Source: an uncultured Clostridia bacterium (GTDB taxonomy: Bacteria > Bacillota > Clostridia > TANB77 > CAG-508). From it: a stretch of DNA of 64,000 nt. Below are positions 30,435-40,147 of the stretch, piece by piece. The translations under genes were made by a program, and so were the position numbers. How positions within the stretch are numbered: position 1 is the stretch's first letter; each line of letters starts with the position of its first letter. The stretch covers positions 315 to 64,314 of the forward strand of contig CAQUBD010000008.1 in NCBI GenBank assembly GCA_948891265.1, written 5' to 3'. The notes beneath the pieces are model-generated. The model was not told the origin of the DNA, searched no databases, and saw only the letters and a program-made list of their open reading frames with translations.

Positions 30435-31055
30435 TTAGAATATTGGTTCTTCATATTCTTCATCTGATACATTCTGAAATACATTTTGAACTCTTTTAAG
30501 AATCGTTTTTGAAGGAACTCCAATTTTAATAAGTTCTTCAATTGTTTCGCACATGGAATCAAGTTTTTTGTTAATATCATCAACATTTTTCTGTTTCTTA
30601 TTTTCCATAATGTCATTGAAGTCAATAAAAAGATTATCAGGAGAAATATCAACTCTTTCACAGTAAGTCAAAGTCCCCTGACCAAACATCTTACCAATTT
30701 TATAACCTACGTTATTAAATTTGATAAAAAGGAAATGACCAAATTCATCATAGCAGGGAGATATAAAATTGCGTTCTGCATAATCCATAATTCCATTAAA
30801 GAAGAGATGGAGTTCTCCTACTCTCTTATAATCTTCTTTTGGGATTTTCTCAGGACAGTAAAGCCAATCGTCATCTGAAAAAGCGGGATTTGCAATCGAG
30901 AAATTTTCTAACCAAAGTATATACTCAGTATTAGAAATAAATTCTTTTTCAAGCTCCTGTTTACGAATTAAGTCTTCAATGAATTTATTTACTACTTCTG
31001 CTGCTGGTAAGATTTCTTTTTCCCGTTTGGGAGTTAATTTAGATTTAGATTTCAC
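30435..31055 (-). CDS. hypothetical protein (single-gene higher-GC cassette)
   Basis: 206-aa ORF with a GTG start 7 nt after GGAGG. Upstream promoter is TTGCAA, 18-nt spacer, TGATATAAT. Confidence 0.55.
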   Translation of the reverse strand: MKSKSKLTPKREKEILPAAEVVNKFIEDLIRKQELEKEFISNTEYILWLENFSIANPAFSDDDWLYCPEKIPKEDYKRVGELHLFFNGIMDYAERNFISPCYDEFGHFLFIKFNNVGYKIGKMFGQGTLTYCERVDISPDNLFIDFNDIMENKKQKNVDDINKKLDSMCETIEELIKIGVPSKTILKRVQNVFQNVSDEEYEEPIF

Positions 31056-31273
31056 AATGCTACCTCCAAAATTATTTGAAAAATATATTACTAAATTATC
31101 AAAACTAATATAATTATATCACAAAAGGGGGAGTATTTGCAACAGTTTTGAGATTTAATTACTGTTTTGCTATTTATATTTGGTAAAACATAACAAAAAA
31201 GGATAGTAAAAAACTATTCTTTTTTTTGATTTTATGATAATATTAAGATACGAATAAAATAGGAGAAAATGTA

Positions 31274-31939
31274 ATGGAAATTAAATATTTAGTTTTAGAC
31301 TTTGGAAAAGTACTAGCATATCCAGTAAGTGGACATTGGTTTATAACGCCAGAATGTTGGAATATTTTAAATAGAAAAGAAGTTGATGAACAAAAATTAA
31401 AAGAGGGTATGAAAAAATATAATTATATATTAGATGAACATGTAAAAACAGAACAAGAAGAACTAAAAATGTTTACAAAGTTTTATAAAAAAACACTAGA
31501 AGAAATCCAATATACTGGGAATATAGAAATAGATTCTAAGAAGCTAGCAGAAGATTGTGTGTTTAATAATAATAAATATAAATTATATGATGATGTAAAA
31601 AATAGCTTAAATATTTTATCAAAAAAATATACATTATTGTTGCTATCAGACAACTGGCCATCTGGATTAAGAATGATAAATGATTATGATATTAATAAAT
31701 ATTTTAAAAAAGTTTATATTTCATCAATTTGTGAATCAAAAAAGGAAGAAAAAATATTTTTTGACTTTCCAATAAAAGATTATGATATAGAAGAAGGACA
31801 AGCTATTTTTGTAGATGATAATATTGATTTATTAAAAATAGCTGAAGAAAAGGGACTAATACCTATATGGATGAATAGGGACAATCTTATAAGAGAATGT
31901 AAATATAAAACAATTAATTGCCTAAAAGATTTAATATGA
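31274..31939 (+). CDS. HAD-superfamily hydrolase
   Basis: Motif I-like LVLDFGKVL, then LLSDNWP and a late FVDDN motif. Confidence 0.55.
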   Translation: MEIKYLVLDFGKVLAYPVSGHWFITPECWNILNRKEVDEQKLKEGMKKYNYILDEHVKTEQEELKMFTKFYKKTLEEIQYTGNIEIDSKKLAEDCVFNNNKYKLYDDVKNSLNILSKKYTLLLLSDNWPSGLRMINDYDINKYFKKVYISSICESKKEEKIFFDFPIKDYDIEEGQAIFVDDNIDLLKIAEEKGLIPIWMNRDNLIRECKYKTINCLKDLI

Positions 31940-31953
31940 AAGAGATATAAGGA

Positions 31954-32796
31954 ATGAAAAATATGAAAGATAAAGAAAATACAAGAAATATGAAAAAAAC
32001 AACTAACACGAGAAATGTGAAGAATACTAAAAATACAGGAAATACAAGAAAAAAAAGAAATAAGAAGACAAATCAAGGAAGAGTATATAAAATATTAATA
32101 ATATTAATTCTAATTTCTGTAATGATATGCATACATAATTTTTATAAAAACAAAGATGATAAAAAGAATATAGAAGTATCTTCAGAACCAATAAAAGAAA
32201 AGCCAATAGATAGTAGTACAAAAGATTGGAATTTAATGTTAGTAAACAAAGATAATGCTATACCTAAAGATTATAAAGTAGAAACAACAAGAGTTGAAGG
32301 AAGATGGGATATTGATATTAGAGTAAAAGATGCATTAGAAAATATGTTGGCTGATGCAAGAAAACAAGGATTAGCACCATTAGTGTGTTCTGCATATAGA
32401 ACTTCTGAATATCAGACAAATCTTTTTAATAAAAAAGTAAATGAATATAAAAGAAAAGGATATGCACAAAAAGAAGCAGAAGAACAGGCAGCTGTTTGGG
32501 TTACAATTCCAGGTACAAGTGAGCATGAGTTAGGGTTATCACTTGATATTGTAGGTGTAAATTATCAAATATTAGATGAAAAACAAGAAGATACTGAGAT
32601 ACAAAAATGGTTAATGGAACATTGTTATGAATATGGATTTATATTAAGATATCCAACAGATAAAAAAGATATTACTAAAATAAATTATGAGCCATGGCAT
32701 TATAGATATGTAGGTATAAAAGATGCAATGTTTATAAAAGAGAAAGAATTTTGTTTAGAAGAGTATATTGAATTTTTAAAAGAATATGAAAATTAA
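31954..32796 (+). CDS. D-alanyl-D-alanine carboxypeptidase, VanY/M15B family
   Basis: SAYRTSEYQ, PGTSEHELGLSLDI and EPWHYRYVG zinc-peptidase motifs. N-terminal basic K/N/T repeat followed by a TM segment. Confidence 0.8.
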   Translation: MKNMKDKENTRNMKKTTNTRNVKNTKNTGNTRKKRNKKTNQGRVYKILIILILISVMICIHNFYKNKDDKKNIEVSSEPIKEKPIDSSTKDWNLMLVNKDNAIPKDYKVETTRVEGRWDIDIRVKDALENMLADARKQGLAPLVCSAYRTSEYQTNLFNKKVNEYKRKGYAQKEAEEQAAVWVTIPGTSEHELGLSLDIVGVNYQILDEKQEDTEIQKWLMEHCYEYGFILRYPTDKKDITKINYEPWHYRYVGIKDAMFIKEKEFCLEEYIEFLKEYEN

Positions 32797-32813
32797 GTTG
32801 TTGTGAGGGAAAA

Positions 32814-33470
32814 ATGTATAAGGTATTGAAATATATTATAATATTTATAATTGTAATAATACTAATAGTTTTGTCAATTAATTTCTATGTAATAATGTCT
32901 ACTAAAGAACAAATTATAAAAAGTACAGAATCAAATATAGAAAACATAGATTGTATATTAGTATTAGGTGCAGGAATATGGGGAGATAGACCAAGTCCAA
33001 TGTTAGAGGACAGATTATTACAAGCTATTCAATTATATAATAATGGTATAGCATCAAAAGTAATAATGAGTGGAGACCATGGAAGAAAAGAATATGATGA
33101 AGTTAACACAATGAAAGAATATGCAATAGAAAAAGGTGTTCTATCTGAAAATATTTTTATGGACCATGCAGGCTTTTCTTCTTATGAAAGTATATACAGG
33201 GCAAAAGAGATTTTTAATTGTAAAAAAATAATAATAGTAACACAAAAATATCATTTATATAGAGCATTATATATTGCAAATCAATTAGGAATAGAAGCAT
33301 ATGGGGTAAATTCAGATCCTAGACAATATATGGGGTCTACATATAGGGAATTAAGAGAAATATTAGCACGAAATAAAGATTTTGTTAAATGTATATTTAA
33401 GCCAGAGCCTACATACTTAGGAGAGACGATTCCTGTGAGTGGTAATGGAGATATAACAAATGATAAATAG
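32814..33470 (+). CDS. SanA/YdcF (DUF218) family protein
   Basis: N-terminal TM segment, then CILVLGAGIWGDRPSPMLEDRL...VIMSGDHG, typical of DUF218/SanA. Confidence 0.75.
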   Translation: MYKVLKYIIIFIIVIILIVLSINFYVIMSTKEQIIKSTESNIENIDCILVLGAGIWGDRPSPMLEDRLLQAIQLYNNGIASKVIMSGDHGRKEYDEVNTMKEYAIEKGVLSENIFMDHAGFSSYESIYRAKEIFNCKKIIIVTQKYHLYRALYIANQLGIEAYGVNSDPRQYMGSTYRELREILARNKDFVKCIFKPEPTYLGETIPVSGNGDITNDK

Positions 33471-33555
33471 AAATATTAATTAAATAGAAAGGTTCAATAC
33501 TGAAAAATCAAAATAATTTTTTTAATATTGAACCTTTTATAATTTTAAATTATTA

Positions 33556-33723
33556 TTATTTTTCATATTCATAGCTAGAACATTTTGATTCATCAGATTT
33601 TTTTGTATTACATCCTTTTGTTGGCGTAACAATAATTTCATTTAATGTACAACGGCCATCCGCTTTATCATTATATTTGCAACTTCCAACAGTACAAGAA
33701 ATTTTTTGAGTGTTATTTTCCAT
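33556..33723 (-). CDS. DUF1540-like small Cys-rich protein (55 aa)
   Basis: Hand-translated as MENNTQKISCTVGSCKYNDKADGRCTLNEIIVTPTKGCNTKKSDESKCSSYEYEK. GGAGG RBS 6 nt upstream. Not in the ORF track because it is under 60 aa. Confidence 0.6.
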   Translation of the reverse strand: MENNTQKISCTVGSCKYNDKADGRCTLNEIIVTPTKGCNTKKSDESKCSSYEYEK

Positions 33724-33929
33724 TTTATACCTCCATAATATTATTTTAAAAGCTTATAATAATATTATGAGCAACTTTTTATATTTATATTCTAATATCT
33801 TTCAATTAGTATATATTATGATCAATGTAAACATTTTTATTTTTAAAGATATTATATTTTTTACATTCAAAAGGAATATAAATATTATGTATAAAATCTA
33901 TCGGGTAATAAGGTTAAAAATAAAAAATA

Positions 33930-33958
33930 TTGCAATTATTAACATAATATGGTATAAT
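33930..33958 (+). promoter_or_regulatory. near-consensus promoter driving the higher-GC block
   Basis: TTGCAA, 17-nt spacer, TGGTATAAT. Confidence 0.6.
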
Positions 33959-34003
33959 TGGTTTAGGAAACTTTTTGAAAACTAAATAACAGGAGGAAAT
34001 TAT

Positions 34004-34795
34004 ATGAATTCAATACCAATGGAAGTAAGAAGTTTAGGACTAATTTCACCATGTTGGCTCTACGAGAACAGAGTCTATCGGTATATGGTAGATGGACATG
34101 AAAGAGCTTCCTTGCTGCCAACTGTTGATGAGGAGTGCCTACCTGTACTTCAGGAGATGGGTATACCATATAGAGCAGTTGGAGACAAGTATGAATACTG
34201 GAAAGAGGGGGACTTTGAGGAAAGAGAGATTAGGCTGCCACTATACAGACGTGAAAAAGAAACATATAAGTTTGTAAAAAATCACACAGGTACAGTTGTA
34301 ACAGATGAGACAACAAAGGCAGCATTTAGTCTTTGTGAAGAAGTTGATAAGCAAATAGAAATCTTCAAGTTTGAAAGAGAAAAAGAAAAAACAATTCAAT
34401 ATTTGAAGAAACTTCTAGCTGGAAATACAGCGGTGGGAGTTGATTACAAACTTGATCCAATTTTGACATCTAAGCACTACAGGCTTTTGGATTTAATAAC
34501 TGATAATGACCATATTAGAATTTTTCCAGTTATGGCTCTAATGAAGCCGGCACATATGGCTAGGTGGAGAAGCTACTGTTGGGATCTCATGATGGATGAG
34601 GATGAGATTGATTATACAGTTGATACTGACTATATAGCAATCTTTGACATGACAAAAATCCATAAAGATGAGATAGAGATAAAAGTTCCGATAGGAAAAA
34701 AGGGACTTTATATCGGACGGCAGGCTTGGCAGCTGAAGAAATGGAGCAGGAGCATTGGTGTTAGAAGAATTAATGTAAGCGAGGCAGAGGAGTAA
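34004..34795 (+). CDS. hypothetical protein with a KH-like GxxG segment at the C-terminus
   Basis: 263-aa ORF with an AGGAGG RBS. G+C is much higher than in flanking DNA. The segment VPIGKKGLYIGRQAWQLKK is reminiscent of KH folds (weak). Confidence 0.55.
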   Translation: MNSIPMEVRSLGLISPCWLYENRVYRYMVDGHERASLLPTVDEECLPVLQEMGIPYRAVGDKYEYWKEGDFEEREIRLPLYRREKETYKFVKNHTGTVVTDETTKAAFSLCEEVDKQIEIFKFEREKEKTIQYLKKLLAGNTAVGVDYKLDPILTSKHYRLLDLITDNDHIRIFPVMALMKPAHMARWRSYCWDLMMDEDEIDYTVDTDYIAIFDMTKIHKDEIEIKVPIGKKGLYIGRQAWQLKKWSRSIGVRRINVSEAEE

Positions 34796-34800
34796 AAGTT

Positions 34801-34834
34801 AAGCAGGCGACCAAAATTGGTCGTCTGCTTTCTT
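34801..34834 (+). terminator. GC-rich intrinsic terminator
   Basis: agcaggcgacc aaaa ttggtcgtctgct stem followed by TTCTT. Confidence 0.7.
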
Positions 34835-35025
34835 AAACTTTGTATAAAATATCGTCAAGCGAAAAGTTAAAAGCAATTTTGTATAAAATATTGTATAATT
34901 TATAAAACATATATTGAAATTAACATAAAAATATGATAATATGAAAATATAATTTGTAGCTATACAACGAAAATAGCGGGCAACTATTAAATCTTCGTAT
35001 AATAAATATAAGGAGGATTGATATT

Positions 35026-35388
35026 ATGATGTATATTGAGATTGATGATTTAATTGGAAATGCATTTATTCCTTATTTGGAAAAAACAGGTAAGCGGACA
35101 TTGCCTCTAAGTAAGATTAATGAGTTTGGATCAAAAATTGTAAATTATCTAAACAAAAATGGAGAGAACGCATGCTTAAGATTATCAAGAGATATAACAA
35201 ATATTTTTTTTTATGAATATTCTGATTTGTTTAAGTTGGTAGAAAATGGAAAGGAGGATGTAGTTGTTTTAGTTGATAATAATATAACACCAAATGACTT
35301 GATACACAAATTTTCAGGATATTTGAGTCTGTCGGTGTTATTAGCGTTTAGAAATTCAGAAAATACTAAAATATTGTTTGAAGAATAA
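35026..35388 (+). CDS. hypothetical protein
   Basis: 120-aa ORF with an AAGGAGG RBS 9 nt upstream. Contains an in-frame CGG_A at 35095. Confidence 0.55.
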   Translation: MMYIEIDDLIGNAFIPYLEKTGKRTLPLSKINEFGSKIVNYLNKNGENACLRLSRDITNIFFYEYSDLFKLVENGKEDVVVLVDNNITPNDLIHKFSGYLSLSVLLAFRNSENTKILFEE

Positions 35389-35457
35389 TCAAAATGATTT
35401 ATATCTAACTAAAATTCATTAAGTAACTCGTAAACAGATTTGTTAAGGAGGAAAATT

Positions 35458-36075
35458 ATGACAATAAAAACATTTGACTTTCCATCATTTGAAGAATGGA
35501 ACAAAACACAGGAATATACTCAAAAAATAGGAGACTATACATGCAAAATTGAATGTTTTACTTTTTGGGCAAGGGAAGAGTCTAAATATGAATATAGGGC
35601 AGCTATTGCTAATTCTGATGATCCAACAAGTAGTTTTGTGCATAAGCATATATCTGAAGTCATAATTATCTGAAATAGATTTGATAAAAAAACTTTAAAA
35701 GAATGGTATCAGAAAGCCGTCGTAAAGCTCAATCAAGAGTGGAAAAAGTTTGTTCTAGAGACATATTTCTATTCAGAATGTGATTCTGATATAAGGATTT
35801 CAGATGAAGATTGTTCTAATCGTATTAGCACTATTATATTGATGATAGAACATATTACGGGGTTGCCTAGAAATGAGATTATAATAAATGTTAAAAATAC
35901 TGATCTGTATAAGCAGATTATAGAAAAAAACAGGTCTACATTATATGATGGCATTCCAGAAAATTTAACATTAATGGTAAGTGAATGGAGAGAAAAAAAC
36001 ATTCCAATATTTGGAGAAATAACTGAATATCAAATCTTTAATTCTTATGATTGGATAGAAGGAATAGTAGATTAG
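35458..36075 (+). pseudogene. hypothetical protein interrupted by a single in-frame TGA (35671-35673)
   Basis: The ORF from ATG 35458 (AAGGAGG RBS) and ORF 35839..36075 are in the same frame. There is no other stop between 35674 and 35838. Confidence 0.45.
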
Positions 36076-36106
36076 AGATAAAATGGACTATAAAAAAATC
36101 CATTAG

Positions 36107-36136
36107 AAAAATGAGTGAAAAATTTTCACTCATTTT
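36107..36136. terminator. bidirectional terminator overlapping the peroxiredoxin stop codon
   Basis: aatgagtgaaaa / ttttcactcatt stem. Confidence 0.65.
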
Positions 36137-36830
36137 TCGTTTTATTATCAGAACTACTTTTCTCACAAATCTCAGGTGGCTGTTTAAAACTTAGATACCA
36201 ACTAATACCATTCTTATTTTCATTAATAGAATTTTGTCTTTCCTCTAATTCACAAAAAGTTTGAGGTGGGGGAACAATAACAGGTTGACCTGGCATCCAA
36301 TTTGCAGCAGTAGAACCTTTAGCACAATCAGCCATTTGTAAAGCTTGAACAGTTCTAATAATTTCAGGAATAAACCTACCAACATTTAAAGGATAAATCA
36401 TAATAGTTCTAACAATTTGTTTATCATCAATTATAAAAACATTTCTAACAGTTTCAGTAGTACTCACATCATTTGAGACCATTCCATATTTCCTTGCAAT
36501 TTGACCGCTTCTATCAGCAACAATAGGGAATGGTAGTTTAATTCCAGTTTTACAATAAATATCATATATCCATGCAAGATGTGAAGCATTGCTGTCAATA
36601 CTTAATCCTAAAAGTTCAGTATTTAGTTGCTTAAAATATGTATAAGCTCTTGCAAAAGCAATCATCTCGGTTGTGCAAACTGGAGTAAAATCTCCTGGAT
36701 GACTGAAAAAAACTAACCATTTACCTTTATAATCATTTAAAGAAATAGGCCCACAACTTGTAACAGCATCAAATTCTGGTGCTTTTTGTCCTATTTTAAC
36801 ATTTCCATTCATCATCAATTCGTAATCCAT
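36126..36830 (-). CDS. peroxiredoxin (Prx6-like, AhpC/TSA family)
   Basis: Active-site motif FFSHPGDFTPVCTTE. Length 234 aa. Confidence 0.9.
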   Translation of the reverse strand: MDYELMMNGNVKIGQKAPEFDAVTSCGPISLNDYKGKWLVFFSHPGDFTPVCTTEMIAFARAYTYFKQLNTELLGLSIDSNASHLAWIYDIYCKTGIKLPFPIVADRSGQIARKYGMVSNDVSTTETVRNVFIIDDKQIVRTIMIYPLNVGRFIPEIIRTVQALQMADCAKGSTAANWMPGQPVIVPPPQTFCELEERQNSINENKNGISWYLSFKQPPEICEKSSSDNKTKNE

Positions 36831-37117
36831 AAATAAACTCCTTTCATAGTTTGCTATATAATATTAGAAAAATAAGACAAATGTTACAATAAAAAGAAAT
36901 AGTATGACTTTTAGCTCTAAATAAAATAAATAGTATTTGACAAAATTATGTAAATATATTAAAATATAGTTGTTAAGAATTTGAAACTTCAAAAGATTTA
37001 CATGAATCTTGGAGGATAAAAAAGTTTTATTTAAGTAATAAGACAATGGACAAGTCGTATTGTAAAATAATAAGCAAATATTAAATTCTCTAAAAACAAA
37101 TGTTAGGAGGAAAAAAT

Positions 37118-38221
37118 ATGAGAACAGAATTTGTAAGTAGACAACAGGTAAATTTGATTCCTGAAAGACTTCGGAAAGCAGAAGAAACAGATGCTAGCAA
37201 AGAATTAACTTACTATAGGTGGAATTTATCAGAGAAAAAGAAATTCAAACCAATGAACATCATGGTTGTAGGAGCAGGAGGGTCTTATCCAGCAGCAATA
37301 TTTGCCAAATATAAACTTCAGCGTGAAATAAAGACGGCAGCAAAAGTAGAAGCAGTAACACCGCAAACAGCGGTGAGGATTTTGACACAATTTAATAATG
37401 TTAATTTTGGTGAGTGGAATCCTAAATATGATTTGGTAATAGGAATTTCATACTCTGGAAAAACACCAGATATAAAATATGTTTCTGATATTTGCCAAAA
37501 AGGAGGATTTCCATTTATGCTTCTTACTGGAGCGGAGAAGTCCACATTATCAGAAATTTATTCTGAAAGTGATGTAATGAAAATTGTTTCTTATTTTAAT
37601 CCTGAAGATACTACTGGAAAAGAACGAGGAATGATTTCAATGATATCAACTCTAGCACCAGTAGTTATATTTGATGATAATTATACATCAAAATTAATTT
37701 CTGAAAATCAACAGATGTTGTCAGCTGCGGAAAGCATTGTATCAAATTTAAATATTTGTGATATTGCAAAAGCAATTAAAAAGTATCCTATTATTCATGT
37801 GTTTTATGAATGGGATACATTACCAATGGCGGCTGATATAGAAAGCAAATTTATTGAATCTGGAATCTCAAATGTGATTTTGAATGAAAAGAAGAACTTT
37901 TCACATGGAAGGTATACTTCTTTGTATAATCAAAATTTTGCATTGGTGATAAACTTGGAAAGATATGAAAGTTGTCACGTATCTGAATATGACCAAAAGC
38001 TTTCGGAATTTTTAAAAGAGAGATGCAAAGAAAAGGCAGCCCAATATATAAAGATTGGGAAATCATGCTTGGAAACTTCAGAATGGAACATTTATGCAAT
38101 GGCAATGCTTCCATATTTAATTACTTCAATTGGCGAAGAATTAGGCATTGATATTTCTAAGCCATTAAAGCCTTTCCCTTCAGAAGCAAAGCCGCTGTTT
38201 GATTACAAAGGTGAATTTTAA
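37118..38221 (+). CDS. SIS-domain-like protein of unknown function
   Basis: VVGAGGSYPAAIF...DLVIGISYSGKTPD resembles the SIS phosphosugar-binding fold. ATG at 37118 follows an AGGAGG RBS. Contains an in-frame CGG_A at 37172. Confidence 0.5.
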   Translation: MRTEFVSRQQVNLIPERLRKAEETDASKELTYYRWNLSEKKKFKPMNIMVVGAGGSYPAAIFAKYKLQREIKTAAKVEAVTPQTAVRILTQFNNVNFGEWNPKYDLVIGISYSGKTPDIKYVSDICQKGGFPFMLLTGAEKSTLSEIYSESDVMKIVSYFNPEDTTGKERGMISMISTLAPVVIFDDNYTSKLISENQQMLSAAESIVSNLNICDIAKAIKKYPIIHVFYEWDTLPMAADIESKFIESGISNVILNEKKNFSHGRYTSLYNQNFALVINLERYESCHVSEYDQKLSEFLKERCKEKAAQYIKIGKSCLETSEWNIYAMAMLPYLITSIGEELGIDISKPLKPFPSEAKPLFDYKGEF

Positions 38222-38229
38222 AATTTTGA

Positions 38230-38269
38230 AAAACAGAGTGTAGAATAAGATTTTGCACTCTGTTTTTTA
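38230..38269 (+). terminator. intrinsic terminator
   Basis: acagagtg...cactctgt stem followed by T6. Confidence 0.75.
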
Positions 38270-38290
38270 TATTATAGGAAAGTTTTTTTA

Positions 38291-38337
38291 TACTGACCTT
38301 TCAGTCTAAAGCTTTTAAAAAAGAATTATGATATAAA
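38291..38337 (+). promoter_or_regulatory. 21-mer dyad (tactgacctttcagtctaaag) at the -35 position, then 20 nt, then an extended -10 (TGATATAAA)
   Basis: The exact 21-mer recurs at 41690-41710 with identical spacing to a TGGTATAAA box. Confidence 0.55.
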
Positions 38338-38428
38338 ATAAAAAGCAAAAAACAAAAAGGGTACTAGTCAGCCTTAGATAGTAAAAAACTCTTAAGACTT
38401 ACCAGTAACCAAGAAGGTTGGTATTAAT

Positions 38429-40147
38429 ATGGAAAAAAGAATATATGAGCATTTAGAAATAAGCGATTTAAAAGACATGTTAAACAAAACAGGAAAAAAA
38501 TATGGAGAAAAAATAGCATATAAAATAAAAAATGAAGAAGGAAAATATAGAACAATAACACATAATGAAGTAAGAGAGATGGTAGATAGTTTAGGAACAG
38601 CTTTAATAAATTTAGGACTAAAAGGAAAAAGGATAGCAATTATAGGAGAGAACAGATATGAATGGGAAATAGTATACCTAGCAATAGTTTGTGGAACAGG
38701 AATAGTAGTACCATTAGACAAATCACTACCAGAAAATGAACTAAAAGAATTAGTTGAAAGATCAGAAATAGAAGCAATATTTTATTCAAAAAAATATGAA
38801 GAAACAATAGAGAAAATTAAATATAGCCAAAAAAATAAATTAAAACACATGATATCAATGGACTTAAAAAAACATTGTAAAGGAATTTATTCACAAGAAG
38901 AATTAATTGAAGAAGGAAAAGAACTTATAGAAAAAGGGAATACAGAGTTTTTAGATGCAAAAATAAATGCAGAAGAGATGAGCATAATGCTATTTACATC
39001 AGGAACAACATCAAAATCAAAAGTAGTTGCACTTTCACATAAAAATATATGTTCAAATTTAATGGATATTGGAAGTATTTTAGATGTTACATCAGATGAT
39101 GTACTGTTATCAATATTACCAATACATCATGTATTTGAATGTACAGTTGGATTTTTATTTTCGTTATACAAAGGGGCTCAAACAGTATTTTGTGATGGCT
39201 TAAGACATGTTGTAGAAAATTTAAAAGAATATCAAGTAACAGTTATGGCGTGTGTTCCAGCAATATATGAAAGAATATTTATGATAATAAGAAAACAACT
39301 AGAGAAGCAAGGAAAAGTAGAAGAAATAATACAGAAAGAAAATATGTACAAAAATCAATCAATGGAAGTAAGAAAAGAAGTATTTAAAGAAATACATGAC
39401 CTTATAGGTGGTAAAGTAAAATTATTCATAAGTGGAGCAGCATCTTTAGATGCAAATATAGAAGAAAAATATAGGCTATTAGGAATTAATATAGTGCAAG
39501 GATATGGATTAACAGAAACATCACCAGTTGTAGCAATAGGAACAAATAAACATTACAAAACAGGCTCAATAGGAAAAGCTGTGCCAAGTGTTGAAGCAAA
39601 ATTGGTAGATGTAAATGATGAAGGAATTGGTGAGCTTATTGTAAAAGGGCCCAATGTAATGCTTGGATATTTCAATAATCAAAAAGCTACAAAAGAAGTA
39701 ATAAAAGATGGATGGTTTTACACAGGTGATTTGGCAAAAATAGATGAAGAAGGATACATATATATTTGTGGAAGAAAGAAAAGTGTAATTGTATTAAAAA
39801 ATGGAAAAAATATTTTCCCAGAAGAGATGGAAAATCTAGTAAATAAAATAGAAGGGGTCAAAGAATCATTTATTTTTGGGAAACAACAATCAGAAGATAA
39901 AAATGATATAAAAATAAATGTCAAAATAGTATTTGATAAAGAAATTGTAAAAAATGCTTATAAAGTTGAAACAGATGAAGAAATACAAAATGTATTATCT
40001 AGAAAGATAAAAGAAATAAATCAAACAATGCCAAAGTATAAAGCGATTAGAGGCATTATATTAACAGAAGAACCATTAATTAAAACTACAACAAATAAAA
40101 TAAAAAGACAGGAGAATTTAGATGCAATTGAAAAATTTAAAAACTAA
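38429..40147 (+). CDS. AMP-dependent synthetase (long-chain acyl-CoA or acyl-ACP ligase)
   Basis: AMP-binding motifs MLFTSGTTSKSK, GYGLTET and YTGDLA, plus the GRKKSVIVLKNGKN motif. Confidence 0.85.
   Translation: MEKRIYEHLEISDLKDMLNKTGKKYGEKIAYKIKNEEGKYRTITHNEVREMVDSLGTALINLGLKGKRIAIIGENRYEWEIVYLAIVCGTGIVVPLDKSLPENELKELVERSEIEAIFYSKKYEETIEKIKYSQKNKLKHMISMDLKKHCKGIYSQEELIEEGKELIEKGNTEFLDAKINAEEMSIMLFTSGTTSKSKVVALSHKNICSNLMDIGSILDVTSDDVLLSILPIHHVFECTVGFLFSLYKGAQTVFCDGLRHVVENLKEYQVTVMACVPAIYERIFMIIRKQLEKQGKVEEIIQKENMYKNQSMEVRKEVFKEIHDLIGGKVKLFISGAASLDANIEEKYRLLGINIVQGYGLTETSPVVAIGTNKHYKTGSIGKAVPSVEAKLVDVNDEGIGELIVKGPNVMLGYFNNQKATKEVIKDGWFYTGDLAKIDEEGYIYICGRKKSVIVLKNGKNIFPEEMENLVNKIEGVKESFIFGKQQSEDKNDIKINVKIVFDKEIVKNAYKVETDEEIQNVLSRKIKEINQTMPKYKAIRGIILTEEPLIKTTTNKIKRQENLDAIEKFKN

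Noticed and set aside
31954-32060. Repetitive AATACnnGAAAT units at the 5' end of the VanY-like gene as a separate repeat element.
   Set aside because: The units are in frame. They encode a basic K/N/T-rich cytoplasmic tail preceding the TM anchor and are most simply part of the CDS.
33710-33985. 91-aa ORF in the AT-rich spacer upstream of the higher-GC block.
   Set aside because: It has low-complexity I/N/K/F composition and no RBS. It overlaps the DUF1540 start and the promoter at 33930-33958.
35671-35673. In-frame TGA as evidence for a TGA-sense genetic code (code 4 or 25) in this organism.
   Set aside because: TGA clearly terminates other genes, such as the RsmB-like gene at 9948-9950 and the peroxiredoxin gene. 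This is the only in-frame TGA seen, and it lies in a compositionally foreign gene.
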